Shown: positions 10,164 through 19,522, counted from the stretch's first letter. The stretch: DNA of 64,000 nt from Alphaproteobacteria bacterium (GCA_031549385.1 JAVBPW010000004.1:1-64000); one strand, 5' to 3'. The notes: generated from the sequence alone by a model not told the origin. Numbers and translations are program-made.

Positions 10164-11063
10164 ATGAAGCAAAAACAGACTTTTAGTGAATGGTTATCGC
10201 GAGACGAGGAGAAATATCTGTCGTTTTGGAATGGTAATGCTGTCAGAGAAGATAGTAATTGTTATTCCTATGCGCTAAATTGCCCATTTGTGTTTTACGA
10301 TAAGTTATACCCTTATCCTGGTCAATTTACGCTTCCAGTTTCCAATGATATCCATAATTATACTAAATCATATGCTCCAATTATGAAAGAGGCTTTGATA
10401 TCAGATGGATGTATATTTGCTTCTGCAAAGAATAATCCTCCAAAGGATATAAAAGGTCATTATAAAATAACAGCTTTAAGCACTCAATTACATGGAGGTC
10501 CAGACTATCATTTCTTTCGTCAACATCCTGATGGTCGTTGGTCACACCAAAATGGAAAAGGTAATAAAATCTGGTTTATTAAAAGAGAATTCAAAACTGC
10601 AGCTGACTTTATGAGATATTACAATGAGGATAGTGAATTCACTGGGTGGTTTTATGTTCCAAACGAAGGTATAGATTTAAGTATAAACAAGATTACTTAT
10701 GAAATTAATAATCAAAATCCAGAAATTCTAAACGAAGCAGGGCTTTCAGATGAATTTATTCAACTAAGGTTAAATCTTCATAAAAAAACTAAAAATCTTA
10801 AAAATAATGTAAAAAATCACAATGTTTTCACATTATCAAAAGAATATAGTCAATTAATAAAAGAGCATAATTCTTTAAATGAATCTAAAGAGGAAAATAC
10901 TAATAAAATAAAAACAGCTTATCAAAAAATTAAAGCTCTTCAAGCTCCTTCAAATCAAACTCAAAGAAATATATTTCAAAAGGCGATTCATTATTTTAAC
11001 GAAAAAACTAACAGGAAATTAGTATATTACAAGCCGCAACAATTTCATTACATAGTAAGATAA
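10164..11063 (+). CDS. Putative papain-fold Cys/His hydrolase or effector
   Basis: NCYSYALN, PG and DYHFFRQHPDGRWSH motifs; C-terminal coiled coil; ATG chosen at 10164. Confidence 0.6.
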   Translation: MKQKQTFSEWLSRDEEKYLSFWNGNAVREDSNCYSYALNCPFVFYDKLYPYPGQFTLPVSNDIHNYTKSYAPIMKEALISDGCIFASAKNNPPKDIKGHYKITALSTQLHGGPDYHFFRQHPDGRWSHQNGKGNKIWFIKREFKTAADFMRYYNEDSEFTGWFYVPNEGIDLSINKITYEINNQNPEILNEAGLSDEFIQLRLNLHKKTKNLKNNVKNHNVFTLSKEYSQLIKEHNSLNESKEENTNKIKTAYQKIKALQAPSNQTQRNIFQKAIHYFNEKTNRKLVYYKPQQFHYIVR

Positions 11064-11086
11064 AAGCAGGATTTTATCCTGCTTTT
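11062..11086. terminator. Bidirectional intrinsic terminator
   Basis: AAAAGCAGGAT-ttt-ATCCTGCTTTT. Confidence 0.8.
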
Positions 11087-11109
11087 AAAATTTAAAGTAT
11101 TTATAATTA

Positions 11110-11400
11110 TTAAAATCTAGTTTTTATCATCAACATGATGTTATCAGTTTCCACCATATCCATTAAATTTGATTCTGTATGTAGGTATTGTAATTCAACG
11201 CCAATAGTATCAATTACAGGCATTACTAATTCAAGCTCTATCAAAGTTTTATATTCTAACTCTAAATCATTAATATTTCTTCTTTCTCGATTATTTAAAT
11301 AATATTCTTCAGTTTTAAATTTTTGAATATCTGCTAAGGTTTTAATAGGTGTAAGTATTGACAGAGCGGACATGGTTAAAAGAGTTTTTTTCACGAACAC
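11110..11400 (-). CDS. Small exported protein ending in beta-strands (possible barrel fragment)
   Basis: GTG start with AAAGGAG SD, signal peptide, C-terminal IKTRF. Confidence 0.55.
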   Translation of the reverse strand: MFVKKTLLTMSALSILTPIKTLADIQKFKTEEYYLNNRERRNINDLELEYKTLIELELVMPVIDTIGVELQYLHTESNLMDMVETDNIMLMIKTRF

Positions 11401-11544
11401 GCTCCTTTCTTTAGGTTTACATGCTTCATATAGGTATTAAATTCCACAATTTTCAAGTAAAATCATAATGAAAGTATATTCTTTTTATCTACTTTAATTT
11501 TATGTTTTTATATGTTATTATAAAGCCACAATGAAGAGGTATCT

Positions 11545-12057
11545 ATGAAAATAACATTATACGCAACAATAACAGCAAATGGATTTATAGCAGATAAAAA
11601 TGGAAATGAAGATATATTTCCAGATGCTAATTGGGAATTTTTCAAGAAGTTATCTCTAAAACATAAAAATATCATATGGGGCAGAAAGACATATGATATG
11701 GTATCTTCTTGGGGTGAAAAATATATAAAATGTTTTGATAATATTGATATTATAGTTTTATCAAAAGACAAAATAGACTATAATCGTAAAAATGTAACAG
11801 TTTGTCAGAATATATCTCAAGTTATTAATATTATTAAAATCAAAAAGATTTTAAATCCATTAGTAGCAGGGGGAACTTCAATTTATACTCTATTTATAAA
11901 AGAAAATATGATTAATAAAATAATTCTAGGATATAATTCTATTTTGATAGATAGTGGCATAAACTTACTGAATTCTGGTACAAATATTTCAAATTTCAAA
12001 ATTGATTCTTGTAAGAAATATAAAAAAGATATTCTAATTATAGAAATGAAAAAATAA
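11545..12057 (+). CDS. Dihydrofolate reductase / RibD C-terminal domain family protein
   Basis: YATITANGFIA, IIWGRKTY and VAGG motifs; GAGG SD. Confidence 0.85.
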   Translation: MKITLYATITANGFIADKNGNEDIFPDANWEFFKKLSLKHKNIIWGRKTYDMVSSWGEKYIKCFDNIDIIVLSKDKIDYNRKNVTVCQNISQVINIIKIKKILNPLVAGGTSIYTLFIKENMINKIILGYNSILIDSGINLLNSGTNISNFKIDSCKKYKKDILIIEMKK

Positions 12058-12079
12058 AAAGCCCCGAAGGGCTTTTTTT
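12056..12079. terminator. Bidirectional terminator (copy 1)
   Basis: AAAAAGCCC-cgaa-GGGCTTTTTT. Confidence 0.85.
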
Positions 12080-13574
12080 ACTTTACTTCTTTAATTTCAT
12101 TAGGTTTCCAAGTTTTATCAAAAAAAGGTTTTAAAGGACCATAAAGTCTAAGTATCAAAAAGAAACTTTTATTTGGTATTGTTTGCACCCAATTAACATT
12201 TTCTTCCGGTTTATTAGGAGCAAAATATATATCAACAGAACCGTCTTTATTAATAACAATATCTTTGTTTTGACTACTTACACTAGGAAATTTTTGATCT
12301 GTTTGAAGCATAGATCTTGTTTGAGTGTCGTAAAGAACAATGGACCAAAAATCTTTTGCTGGAATTCCAGAAGGCAAAGATAGCTTATAAGTTTTTTCAC
12401 CATCAAAAGTTTTTTTATTGCTATCTTCAAAAGTCAACAGATATTGTGATCCTATTCCAACAGTTTTACTTCCCATAGCAGGTGTAACACCAGTTGCTAT
12501 ATATAAAATTCCAGATCTTCTTTCTTGAGAAGGGAAACCTTTTTCATAAAAATGATAATCAGAATCTCCAATAGGAGACAACCAGGAACTATCAGGGTAA
12601 AAGATTTGGTCTTTTTTATCTGTTTTATATGAAATAGTTCTAGCCATACCAGAGCCAACATTTGAAGCATCAGTTAAAATTTTTTTCATATTAGTGTCGG
12701 GTTTAAATTCTTTTCCTTTAATAATTCCAATATTTGCTAATTTTCCAAGCATTTCTGGTGAAAATGCATTAGTATGTTCACGTTGCACAACAGAATTAAT
12801 TTCATAAAAGAAATTAATATCTGAAGAGTGAATAGTATTAAAAGCTTTTCCAGAAGCATTAACAAATTTATTTTTAGTTGGTTTATCTTTTTCTGACAAT
12901 TTATATATTTTCATAGTCTTAGCATTATCAGCGCCAGCTTTCTTATCACCATCTTTAGCAAAAGCTCTGCCTAATAACCAATGTCCATATGTTGTAGATT
13001 TATAAACAAAATAACCTTTTGGAATATCTCCTTTATATTCAGGAGGTATAAATAGATATTTTCCGCCTTTACCTTTATCTGGTCCAGCATTACCTAAATC
13101 AGCTACATATTCAAATAAAGCATTATCAACAACAGAAAGCATCTCAGCAGGGCTTTCAAGAACAACAGGTCCATCGCTCAGATCAATCCAAGCAAAGGTA
13201 TAAATACTTTCACTATTAGGAGTTAAAAATAAACTTTTTGAATCCATAAATTCTTCAAAAACTAATATAGTTTTATTAGCAGGTCCAAATGACAATAATC
13301 CTTCTCTCATAGCATTCAATGAAGCAGCAGGTATACCATCTAAGAAAATATCTAATGCATGGTGATATATTAATTCATTTCTTAATTTTTTTGTTGTTTC
13401 ATCTGTAGGCACTCCATCAAAGAAATTTAATTTTCCAATACGAGTATCTAGTTTATTTGCAATAATAATTTCTTTTGGAATATTAGTAGTCATTTTATAA
13501 GATTTATCTGCTAAAGATGGAATTGTAAATATTGTAAGTGCAATTGCAGATATAAAAATTTTTTTTTTAATCAT
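12078..13574 (-). CDS. DUF1254/DUF1214 domain exported protein
   Basis: LTPNSESIY, GPDKGKGGKYL, FWSIVLYD, NWVQT, LRLYGP motifs; signal peptide. Confidence 0.88.
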   Translation of the reverse strand: MIKKKIFISAIALTIFTIPSLADKSYKMTTNIPKEIIIANKLDTRIGKLNFFDGVPTDETTKKLRNELIYHHALDIFLDGIPAASLNAMREGLLSFGPANKTILVFEEFMDSKSLFLTPNSESIYTFAWIDLSDGPVVLESPAEMLSVVDNALFEYVADLGNAGPDKGKGGKYLFIPPEYKGDIPKGYFVYKSTTYGHWLLGRAFAKDGDKKAGADNAKTMKIYKLSEKDKPTKNKFVNASGKAFNTIHSSDINFFYEINSVVQREHTNAFSPEMLGKLANIGIIKGKEFKPDTNMKKILTDASNVGSGMARTISYKTDKKDQIFYPDSSWLSPIGDSDYHFYEKGFPSQERRSGILYIATGVTPAMGSKTVGIGSQYLLTFEDSNKKTFDGEKTYKLSLPSGIPAKDFWSIVLYDTQTRSMLQTDQKFPSVSSQNKDIVINKDGSVDIYFAPNKPEENVNWVQTIPNKSFFLILRLYGPLKPFFDKTWKPNEIKEVK

Positions 13575-13661
13575 AGATACCTCCTTTATAAATAATAAAC
13601 CAAATTTTATAACAAAGTTACTAACATATCAATAGGATAAAAGATAAATATATGAAAAAAT

Positions 13662-13682
13662 AAAAAGCCCCGAAGGGCTTTT
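13662..13682 (-). terminator. Intrinsic terminator (copy 2, same stem as 12056-12079)
   Basis: AAAAAGCCC-cgaa-GGGCTTTT. Confidence 0.8.
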
Positions 13683-13683
13683 A

Positions 13684-15126
13684 TTATTTTACTTCTTCAA
13701 AGTCATTTAATTGCCATTTACCATTAAATGCATTTTCTTCAGGGCCATAAACTCTGAAATAAGTAAACCATCCTTTACCAGGTATAGTTTTAATCCAAAA
13801 GTTTTCTTGTCCTTCAGGAGCTTTTGGTCCAAAATATAAATCTATATATTTACCCTTAACATCTTTTAATTCAAATAATGAACGAATAGCTGCCCTTTTT
13901 TGATCAGTAGCAATTTCACTACGGTTTTCACTATCATAAACAGTTACAGACCAAAATAATTTAGCAGGAACAGTTAAAGGGACTCTTAATTTGTAAGTTT
14001 TAGCGCCGTCTAAATAAGCTCCGTTATTGTCTTTATTTCCTAACCAGTAAACAGATCCTTGTCCAGAAGCTCTTCTAAACATAGCTGGTGATTCTACCAT
14101 GGCTTGATAAAACCATTTTTCACGAGCGTCTAAATCTTTATAGTAAGGAGTATCAAAAGTTCCATTTTCAGGACGAAGTGTAGCCCATTCCCAATTAATT
14201 CCTTTCCATACTTTTCTATCTTCTCTTCTATCAGCAAAAGATTGAACTCTCATTTGAGCATTAGCAGTTTTTGCAGCTTGCTCTAAGATTTTTTTCATTC
14301 TTGAATTTGGCTTAAAAGGTTCACCTTTTTTAATACCAAGGATAGCAAGTTCTCCATAATAGTTTCTATATTCTTTATTAGCAGGTTCATTGTTAATTAT
14401 TTTATGAAGTAGTTCCCAATATTTTATATTTGTTTCAATTTTATTTGGAGTAAAGTCAACTGATTTATCAGATATATCTATCCATTTATTAATAGTCCAG
14501 CTATTATCTAAAGCGTGTATTTTAACTGTTTTAATTAAATCAAAAGCTTTATTTAAATCTCCTTTAACAGGCAAAGCTCTTAATAGTAATACAACTTTGT
14601 TTGTAGTTGATTTTCCAACATAATAACCTTCTGGAGTTTTACCTTTATATTCTGGAGGTAAAATTAAGTGTTTTCCACCTTTACCGGCATCTGGTCCTGG
14701 AAGACCGTAATCCATAATCCAAATTTCGTTCATATCGTTAATTGCTCCCATAATAGGTCCAGCAGGCATATCAATAACAACAGGACCATTAGTTAAGTCA
14801 ACAGGAACAAAAGAATATGGTGTATCTGAATTAGGTGTAAAAACTATTTGTTTAGGCGTTCCCATAGTAACAACACCAGATTCGTTTGGTTTAACATTTA
14901 AAGTTTTGAAAGCTTCAAATCCTGATGAAAAGGCAACTGTAGGATAAAAAAATTTATATGCTTGAATTGCTCGATTTAAATCAGCATCATCATATGCTTT
15001 TTGTACAGTTTCTTTTGTCGGATATCCATTAACAAATTTATAATCATCATAAGCAGCAATAGCATTTAAACTAATCATATTGCTCACTAAGAACCCTAAC
15101 ATTAATTTTGTAGTTACTGATTTCAT
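13684..15126 (-). CDS. DUF1254/DUF1214 domain exported protein (paralog)
   Basis: FTPNSDTPY, GPDAGKGGKHL, FWSVTVYD, YFRVYGP; start moved to MKSV after AGGAGG SD. Confidence 0.88.
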   Translation of the reverse strand: MKSVTTKLMLGFLVSNMISLNAIAAYDDYKFVNGYPTKETVQKAYDDADLNRAIQAYKFFYPTVAFSSGFEAFKTLNVKPNESGVVTMGTPKQIVFTPNSDTPYSFVPVDLTNGPVVIDMPAGPIMGAINDMNEIWIMDYGLPGPDAGKGGKHLILPPEYKGKTPEGYYVGKSTTNKVVLLLRALPVKGDLNKAFDLIKTVKIHALDNSWTINKWIDISDKSVDFTPNKIETNIKYWELLHKIINNEPANKEYRNYYGELAILGIKKGEPFKPNSRMKKILEQAAKTANAQMRVQSFADRREDRKVWKGINWEWATLRPENGTFDTPYYKDLDAREKWFYQAMVESPAMFRRASGQGSVYWLGNKDNNGAYLDGAKTYKLRVPLTVPAKLFWSVTVYDSENRSEIATDQKRAAIRSLFELKDVKGKYIDLYFGPKAPEGQENFWIKTIPGKGWFTYFRVYGPEENAFNGKWQLNDFEEVK

Positions 15127-15279
15127 ATTTTCCTCCTTAATTTTATTGAAATAGCAACAAAATTGTATCACATAAAAAAAATAAAACAATAAGGTAAAAA
15201 ATCCTCTATAGAATTCAAGTTATTAAGTTTTATTTAATTTTGATTTTTTATATAAAAAATGCTCTCCTAAGAGAGCATA

Positions 15280-15354
15280 TGGCTCGAGTGGTAGGATTCG
15301 AACCTACGACCAATTGATTAACAGTCAACTGCGCTACCGCTGCGCCACACTCGA
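15280..15354 (-). tRNA. tRNA-Asn(GUU)
   Basis: Cloverleaf TCGAGTG...CACTCGA-G-CCA, anticodon loop CT-GTT-AA, GGTTCGAATCC T-arm. Confidence 0.97.
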
Positions 15355-15466
15355 ACAACTGGAGTAATTATATTTATTTATTTTTCATTTGCAACCAAAA
15401 AAAGATATTTTATTTGACTTATATATATAAGATATGTAAACTTTTGCAAAATCAAAGGGGCAAATT

Positions 15467-16927
15467 ATGTATGTAATAAAAGGTCAAACAGCAGATTGGG
15501 AAGTGGTAGTAGGACTCGAAGTTCACTGCCAAATAATATCTAAATCTAAGTTATTTTCATCATCTTCGACAGAATTTGGTGCAGCTCCAAATACACAAGT
15601 TTCATTCATAGATTCAGCAATGCCAGGAATGCTTCCAGTATTAAACCAAGAATGTGTGAACCAAGCAATAAGAACTGGCTTAGGTTTAAATGCAAAAATA
15701 AACAACAAATCAGTATTTGCTCGTAAAAATTATTTTTATGCTGACCTTCCACAAGGTTATCAAATTTCTCAGCTTGCTCCATTAGTAGGTGAAGGATATT
15801 TAGAAATATTAGACGACGACGGCAATCCTAAAAAAGTTCGTATTGAAAGATTACATGTAGAACAAGACGCAGGAAAATCTGTTCACGATGCATCACCAAC
15901 TCAAACATATATAGATTTAAACAGAGTAGGTACAGGTTTAATGGAAATAGTATCCTATCCAGATATTTCATCACCGTCAGAAGCTGGGCAATATGTAAAA
16001 AAGATTCGTCAAATAGTTCGTGCCCTAGGCACATGTGACGGAAATATGGAAGAAGGTTCAATGAGAGCTGACGTAAACGTATCAGTTCGTAAAGTAGGTG
16101 AACAAGGTTATAGAACACGTTGTGAAGTAAAAAATATGAATTCATTTAAATTTATTCAACAAGCAATAGAATATGAAGCAAAAAGACAGGTAGAAGCTCA
16201 TGAAGCAGGTGAAAAGATTGTTCAATCTACATTACAATTTGACAAAGCAACAGGTGAAACATCAGTAATGCGTTCAAAAGAAGATGCGCATGATTACAGA
16301 TATTTTCCAGAACCAGATCTTGCTCCATTAATTGTAACAGATGAATTAATAGAAGAATTAAGAAAAACTCTTCCAGAATTACCAGATGCAAAAAAGAAAA
16401 GATTTATGTCTGAATATCAAATCACAGATTTTGACGCAACACTTTTAACTTCAGAAGAAGAAATATCTACCTATTATGAAAAGACAGTAGGGCAAGAAAA
16501 GATTGCAAAAGGAAAAACAGTAGCAAATTGGATGACAGGTGAATTATTTGCATACTTAAATAAATCAGGTTTAGATTTTTCACAAAATCCAATTTCATCA
16601 CAAAATCTATCTCAACTCGTGGATAGAATTTTGGATAAAACAATTTCAGGAAATATTGCAAAAAAGATTTGGGAAATGTTATTAGAAATCCCAACATTAA
16701 CACCAGATGAAATAATTGAAAAAGAAGGTTTGAAACAAATTACAGATACAGGTGCAATTGAGAAAGCTGTTGACGATGTAATTGCAAACAATCCAGATAA
16801 AGTTGCAGAAATAAAAGCAGGTAAAGATAAATTAATCGGCTGGCTAACAGGCCAAGTAATGCAGATTACTGGTGGAAAAGCAAATCCAGCAATGGTTCAA
16901 GATTTATTAAAGAAAAAATTGTTATAA
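15467..16927 (+). CDS. gatB: Asp/Glu-tRNA amidotransferase subunit B
   Basis: GLEVHCQ, RKNYFYADLPQGYQISQ, DYRYFPEPDL motifs. Confidence 0.98.
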   Translation: MYVIKGQTADWEVVVGLEVHCQIISKSKLFSSSSTEFGAAPNTQVSFIDSAMPGMLPVLNQECVNQAIRTGLGLNAKINNKSVFARKNYFYADLPQGYQISQLAPLVGEGYLEILDDDGNPKKVRIERLHVEQDAGKSVHDASPTQTYIDLNRVGTGLMEIVSYPDISSPSEAGQYVKKIRQIVRALGTCDGNMEEGSMRADVNVSVRKVGEQGYRTRCEVKNMNSFKFIQQAIEYEAKRQVEAHEAGEKIVQSTLQFDKATGETSVMRSKEDAHDYRYFPEPDLAPLIVTDELIEELRKTLPELPDAKKKRFMSEYQITDFDATLLTSEEEISTYYEKTVGQEKIAKGKTVANWMTGELFAYLNKSGLDFSQNPISSQNLSQLVDRILDKTISGNIAKKIWEMLLEIPTLTPDEIIEKEGLKQITDTGAIEKAVDDVIANNPDKVAEIKAGKDKLIGWLTGQVMQITGGKANPAMVQDLLKKKLL

Positions 16928-16954
16928 AAAAAAGCCTTCGAAACGAAGGCTTTT
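16927..16954. terminator. Bidirectional terminator shared by gatB and the convergent small RNA
   Basis: AAAAGCCTTCG-aaa-CGAAGGCTTTT with A-tract on the left and T-tract on the right. Confidence 0.88.
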
Positions 16955-16957
16955 AAA

Positions 16958-17051
16958 ATAGAAGAGAAGGTGAGCTGTTACGCACTCTTTAAATGAATGG
17001 CTGCTTCCAAGCCAACATGCCTTTGTATTGTTAGAAAACAATCTCTTCTAT
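16958..17051 (-). ncRNA. Stand-alone RNA containing the 23S rRNA L11-binding (GTPase-associated centre, H43-H44) domain
   Basis: Minus strand reads ATGTTGGCTTGGAAGCAGCCATTCATTTAAAGAGTGCGTAACAGCTCAC (23S nt ~1057-1104), closed by AAGG/CCTT and an outer ATAGAAGAG/CTCTTCTAT helix; no other rRNA sequence nearby. Confidence 0.8.
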
Positions 17052-17192
17052 AGATTTATATATTTTTATTTAATTCATATTAATTTAATTCCAATTTAAT
17101 AATTTTTACCAAAAAATCAATACGTATTTTTCTATTGCAAACCTAAAAACAAGAGTTTATAATTCTTAGTATAAAAATTAAGGAGAGAAAAC

Positions 17193-17873
17193 ATGGTAGA
17201 CAATAACAGCTTTTTTGAAGATATAAATTCAAATAACTCAGGTGGTTATAAAGATTTTAATAATTTCAATCACAATAAAGATGAAAAGAAATTCCCAGTA
17301 TTATTATTGATACTTGCAGGGGTACTTGGATTATTAATAGCAATCTTAATTTCACAAATGCTATCTTCATCAAAGAATTCAAGTAATGAATCAACAGTAG
17401 AAGTTGTTGCACCAGTAACAGAAATATCAGAACCAGTTGATCAAGATGGTGGTGATGTAGTAAATGTATATTCACAAGTTAAACCTGGTGATTCTACATT
17501 GAATACTGCTCCATTACAAACAGGACCAGCACAAAAACCAATTCAAGAAAAAGAAGTTAAAGTAATTTCCCCAGCAAAAACAATTAACTTGAGTTCAGGA
17601 TCATCATCAAGTTCATCTTCTTCATCAACAAGTGGTGGTTCACAAGTTCAACTAGCGGCAGGCGCAACAGAAAAAGCAGCTGAGGCAGAATGGACAAGAT
17701 TAAAGAAAAACCATTCAGATTTATTAGGCGATAAAAGCCATACTGTAGTAAAATCAGTAGTATCAGGTAAAACAGTATATCGTTTAAGAGTAACATCATT
17801 GACTTCAACAGAAGCAACAAGCCTATGCAAATCATTAAATGCACGTGGTGTAAGCTGCTGGAAAGCAAAATAG
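17193..17873 (+). CDS. SPOR domain cell-division protein (FtsN-like)
   Basis: N-terminal TM, Ser-rich linker, VQLAA...YRLRV...[16 protein letters not shown] domain. Confidence 0.88.
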   Translation: MVDNNSFFEDINSNNSGGYKDFNNFNHNKDEKKFPVLLLILAGVLGLLIAILISQMLSSSKNSSNESTVEVVAPVTEISEPVDQDGGDVVNVYSQVKPGDSTLNTAPLQTGPAQKPIQEKEVKVISPAKTINLSSGSSSSSSSSSTSGGSQVQLAAGATEKAAEAEWTRLKKNHSDLLGDKSHTVVKSVVSGKTVYRLRVTSLTSTEATSLCKSLNARGVSCWKAK

Positions 17874-17883
17874 GAGAATTAAA

Positions 17884-18087
17884 ATGAGTATGCCAAGTAT
17901 TTGGGAATTGTTATTAGTAGTAATTGTAATCTTATTATTATTTGGTGCAGGAAAGATTCCAGCATTAATGAAAGACTTTGGAGAAGGGATAAAAGAGTTC
18001 AAAAAAGCATTAAAAGATGACGGCAAAAAAGAAAAATCTGAAAAAACTACTAAACCTTCTAAAAAGAAACCAACAAAGAAGAAATAG
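17884..18087 (+). CDS. tatA: Twin-arginine translocase subunit TatA
   Basis: [25 protein letters not shown]. Confidence 0.93.
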   Translation: MSMPSIWELLLVVIVILLLFGAGKIPALMKDFGEGIKEFKKALKDDGKKEKSEKTTKPSKKKPTKKK

Positions 18088-18098
18088 TAACAAAAAAT

Positions 18099-18125
18099 AA
18101 AAGGCGGGAATATCCCGCCTTTTTT
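18099..18125. terminator. Bidirectional intrinsic terminator
   Basis: AAAAGGCGGGA-ata-TCCCGCCTTTT. Confidence 0.85.
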
Positions 18126-18369
18126 AATTGTTTTCAACTTGAGGACCTTCAACAACGGTAAGTCTGTTACCTTCATTTACGAAAACTTCACTAACTTCGT
18201 TTTCTTCCTCTTCGTCTGTTCCGTCATCACCAACGATAAATTCTTTATTGCAATAGATAGCTAAATACCTATCTAACGCTTTTTGTCTTCTTTCAGCTTC
18301 ATCTTCCAACTTTTGATGACAGATTTTTTTGAAATCTCCAGACTTAGTTTTAATCCTTTTTCTGTTCAT
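18124..18369 (-). CDS. Small hypothetical protein (basic N-terminus, acidic C-terminus; SD-less orphan class)
   Basis: 81-aa ORF with own TTGACA promoter-like sequence, AAACTTAAA at 18384-18392 (-) and terminator. Confidence 0.6.
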   Translation of the reverse strand: MNRKRIKTKSGDFKKICHQKLEDEAERRQKALDRYLAIYCNKEFIVGDDGTDEEEENEVSEVFVNEGNRLTVVEGPQVENN

Positions 18370-18507
18370 ATATTAATATATTTTTTAAGTTTATAACTTA
18401 ATATATAATCTATAAAATAACTTTGTCAACAAAAAATGATTGACAAGTTAATAATAAAAGCACATAATGTTTTCAAAATAATCATTAAACCTAAAAAATC
18501 CTAAAAA

Positions 18508-18915
18508 ATGAAAAAGTTTTTAATATTTATGGCTGCTATTATAGCCTTAGTAGGCTGTAAGCAGAAAGATATTTATTCCTATAATGGGGTAAAAGTAATA
18601 TCAGCAATAGACAGTTTACCGCCTATTGATGACAGTCCTATAAAAATCACAGAATATACTGTAAGCTTCACAGATTCAACGTCTGTGTGGGTATCAAGTG
18701 CATTCACGTCACCTAACAAGGTCAGATTGCACATAAATCAAAAAGTTAAGGTTTTTGAAAACCTTACCAGAGGTGAACATATATTAGGTGATGTAACAGC
18801 AACCCAAAAAGAAGCATTAAACAAGCTTTCTTGGGAAACTATTGGCCAGCAAACAGTATTCTGGCTAATAATAGCATTAGTTTTATTTCTGGGCTTTAAA
18901 AGACCCAAAGAGTAA
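18508..18915 (+). CDS. Lipoprotein with C-terminal TM anchor (SD-less orphan class)
   Basis: ALVGC lipobox followed by KQKD; hydrophobic C-terminal helix. Confidence 0.75.
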   Translation: MKKFLIFMAAIIALVGCKQKDIYSYNGVKVISAIDSLPPIDDSPIKITEYTVSFTDSTSVWVSSAFTSPNKVRLHINQKVKVFENLTRGEHILGDVTATQKEALNKLSWETIGQQTVFWLIIALVLFLGFKRPKE

Positions 18916-18940
18916 TAATCAAGACATAAACTTAAAGCAT

Positions 18941-19411
18941 ATGAAAAACTTAACATTAATTTTAGCAATCGCACTTTGCGTATCGTGCAGCAGAGATTTC
19001 GAGTTCCAAGGTGAACGAGTTGTTCGCAGCATAGACAGTTCTGCCTATGTAGCAATTGGTGACAAAGACAAATTGTCAATAATCCAGACGGATTATAAGT
19101 TCACAATGGACAACGGAAAGGAGATATGGTGTAACAAGCCATATGCGCTTCCCAGTAAGAAGAAAGTAACACCGAGCACCTTTGTAAAGATATTCAAAAA
19201 CAAAGACGGATCTTTCCAATTGGTAGATATCGATGCTGTAAACCAAAACATGACCTACAAACAACGCCGTGGCGTATTTATAGGAATTGGAATATTAATT
19301 GGTCTTCTGGCTATTTACCTGTCTGCAGTGTACGAAGCCAAGTATGCAAGAAAACTTGCTAAAGAAGAGCTTGAAAAAGCTCAAGCTAAAGAAAAAGGAA
19401 GGCCTGTATAG
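18941..19411 (+). CDS. Lipoprotein with C-terminal TM anchor, paralog of 18508 ORF
   Basis: CVSC lipobox; shared GxxVxxxIDS and VKxFxN motifs; C-terminal TM. Confidence 0.75.
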   Translation: MKNLTLILAIALCVSCSRDFEFQGERVVRSIDSSAYVAIGDKDKLSIIQTDYKFTMDNGKEIWCNKPYALPSKKKVTPSTFVKIFKNKDGSFQLVDIDAVNQNMTYKQRRGVFIGIGILIGLLAIYLSAVYEAKYARKLAKEELEKAQAKEKGRPV

Positions 19412-19522
19412 GCCTTTTCTTTTTTAATAAAGCCCATTAAAGCTTCATTTTTATAATTTATCTTGAAAATTGATAAATTATGCACTATCATATTGCGGTA
19501 AATATAAAAAAGGAATAGTAAA

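Noticed and set aside
16958-17051. Bona fide 23S rRNA gene or operon remnant
   Set aside because: Only the ~50-nt H43-H44 core matches; the flanks are non-rRNA and form their own helices; no 16S, 5S or other 23S sequence is in the window.
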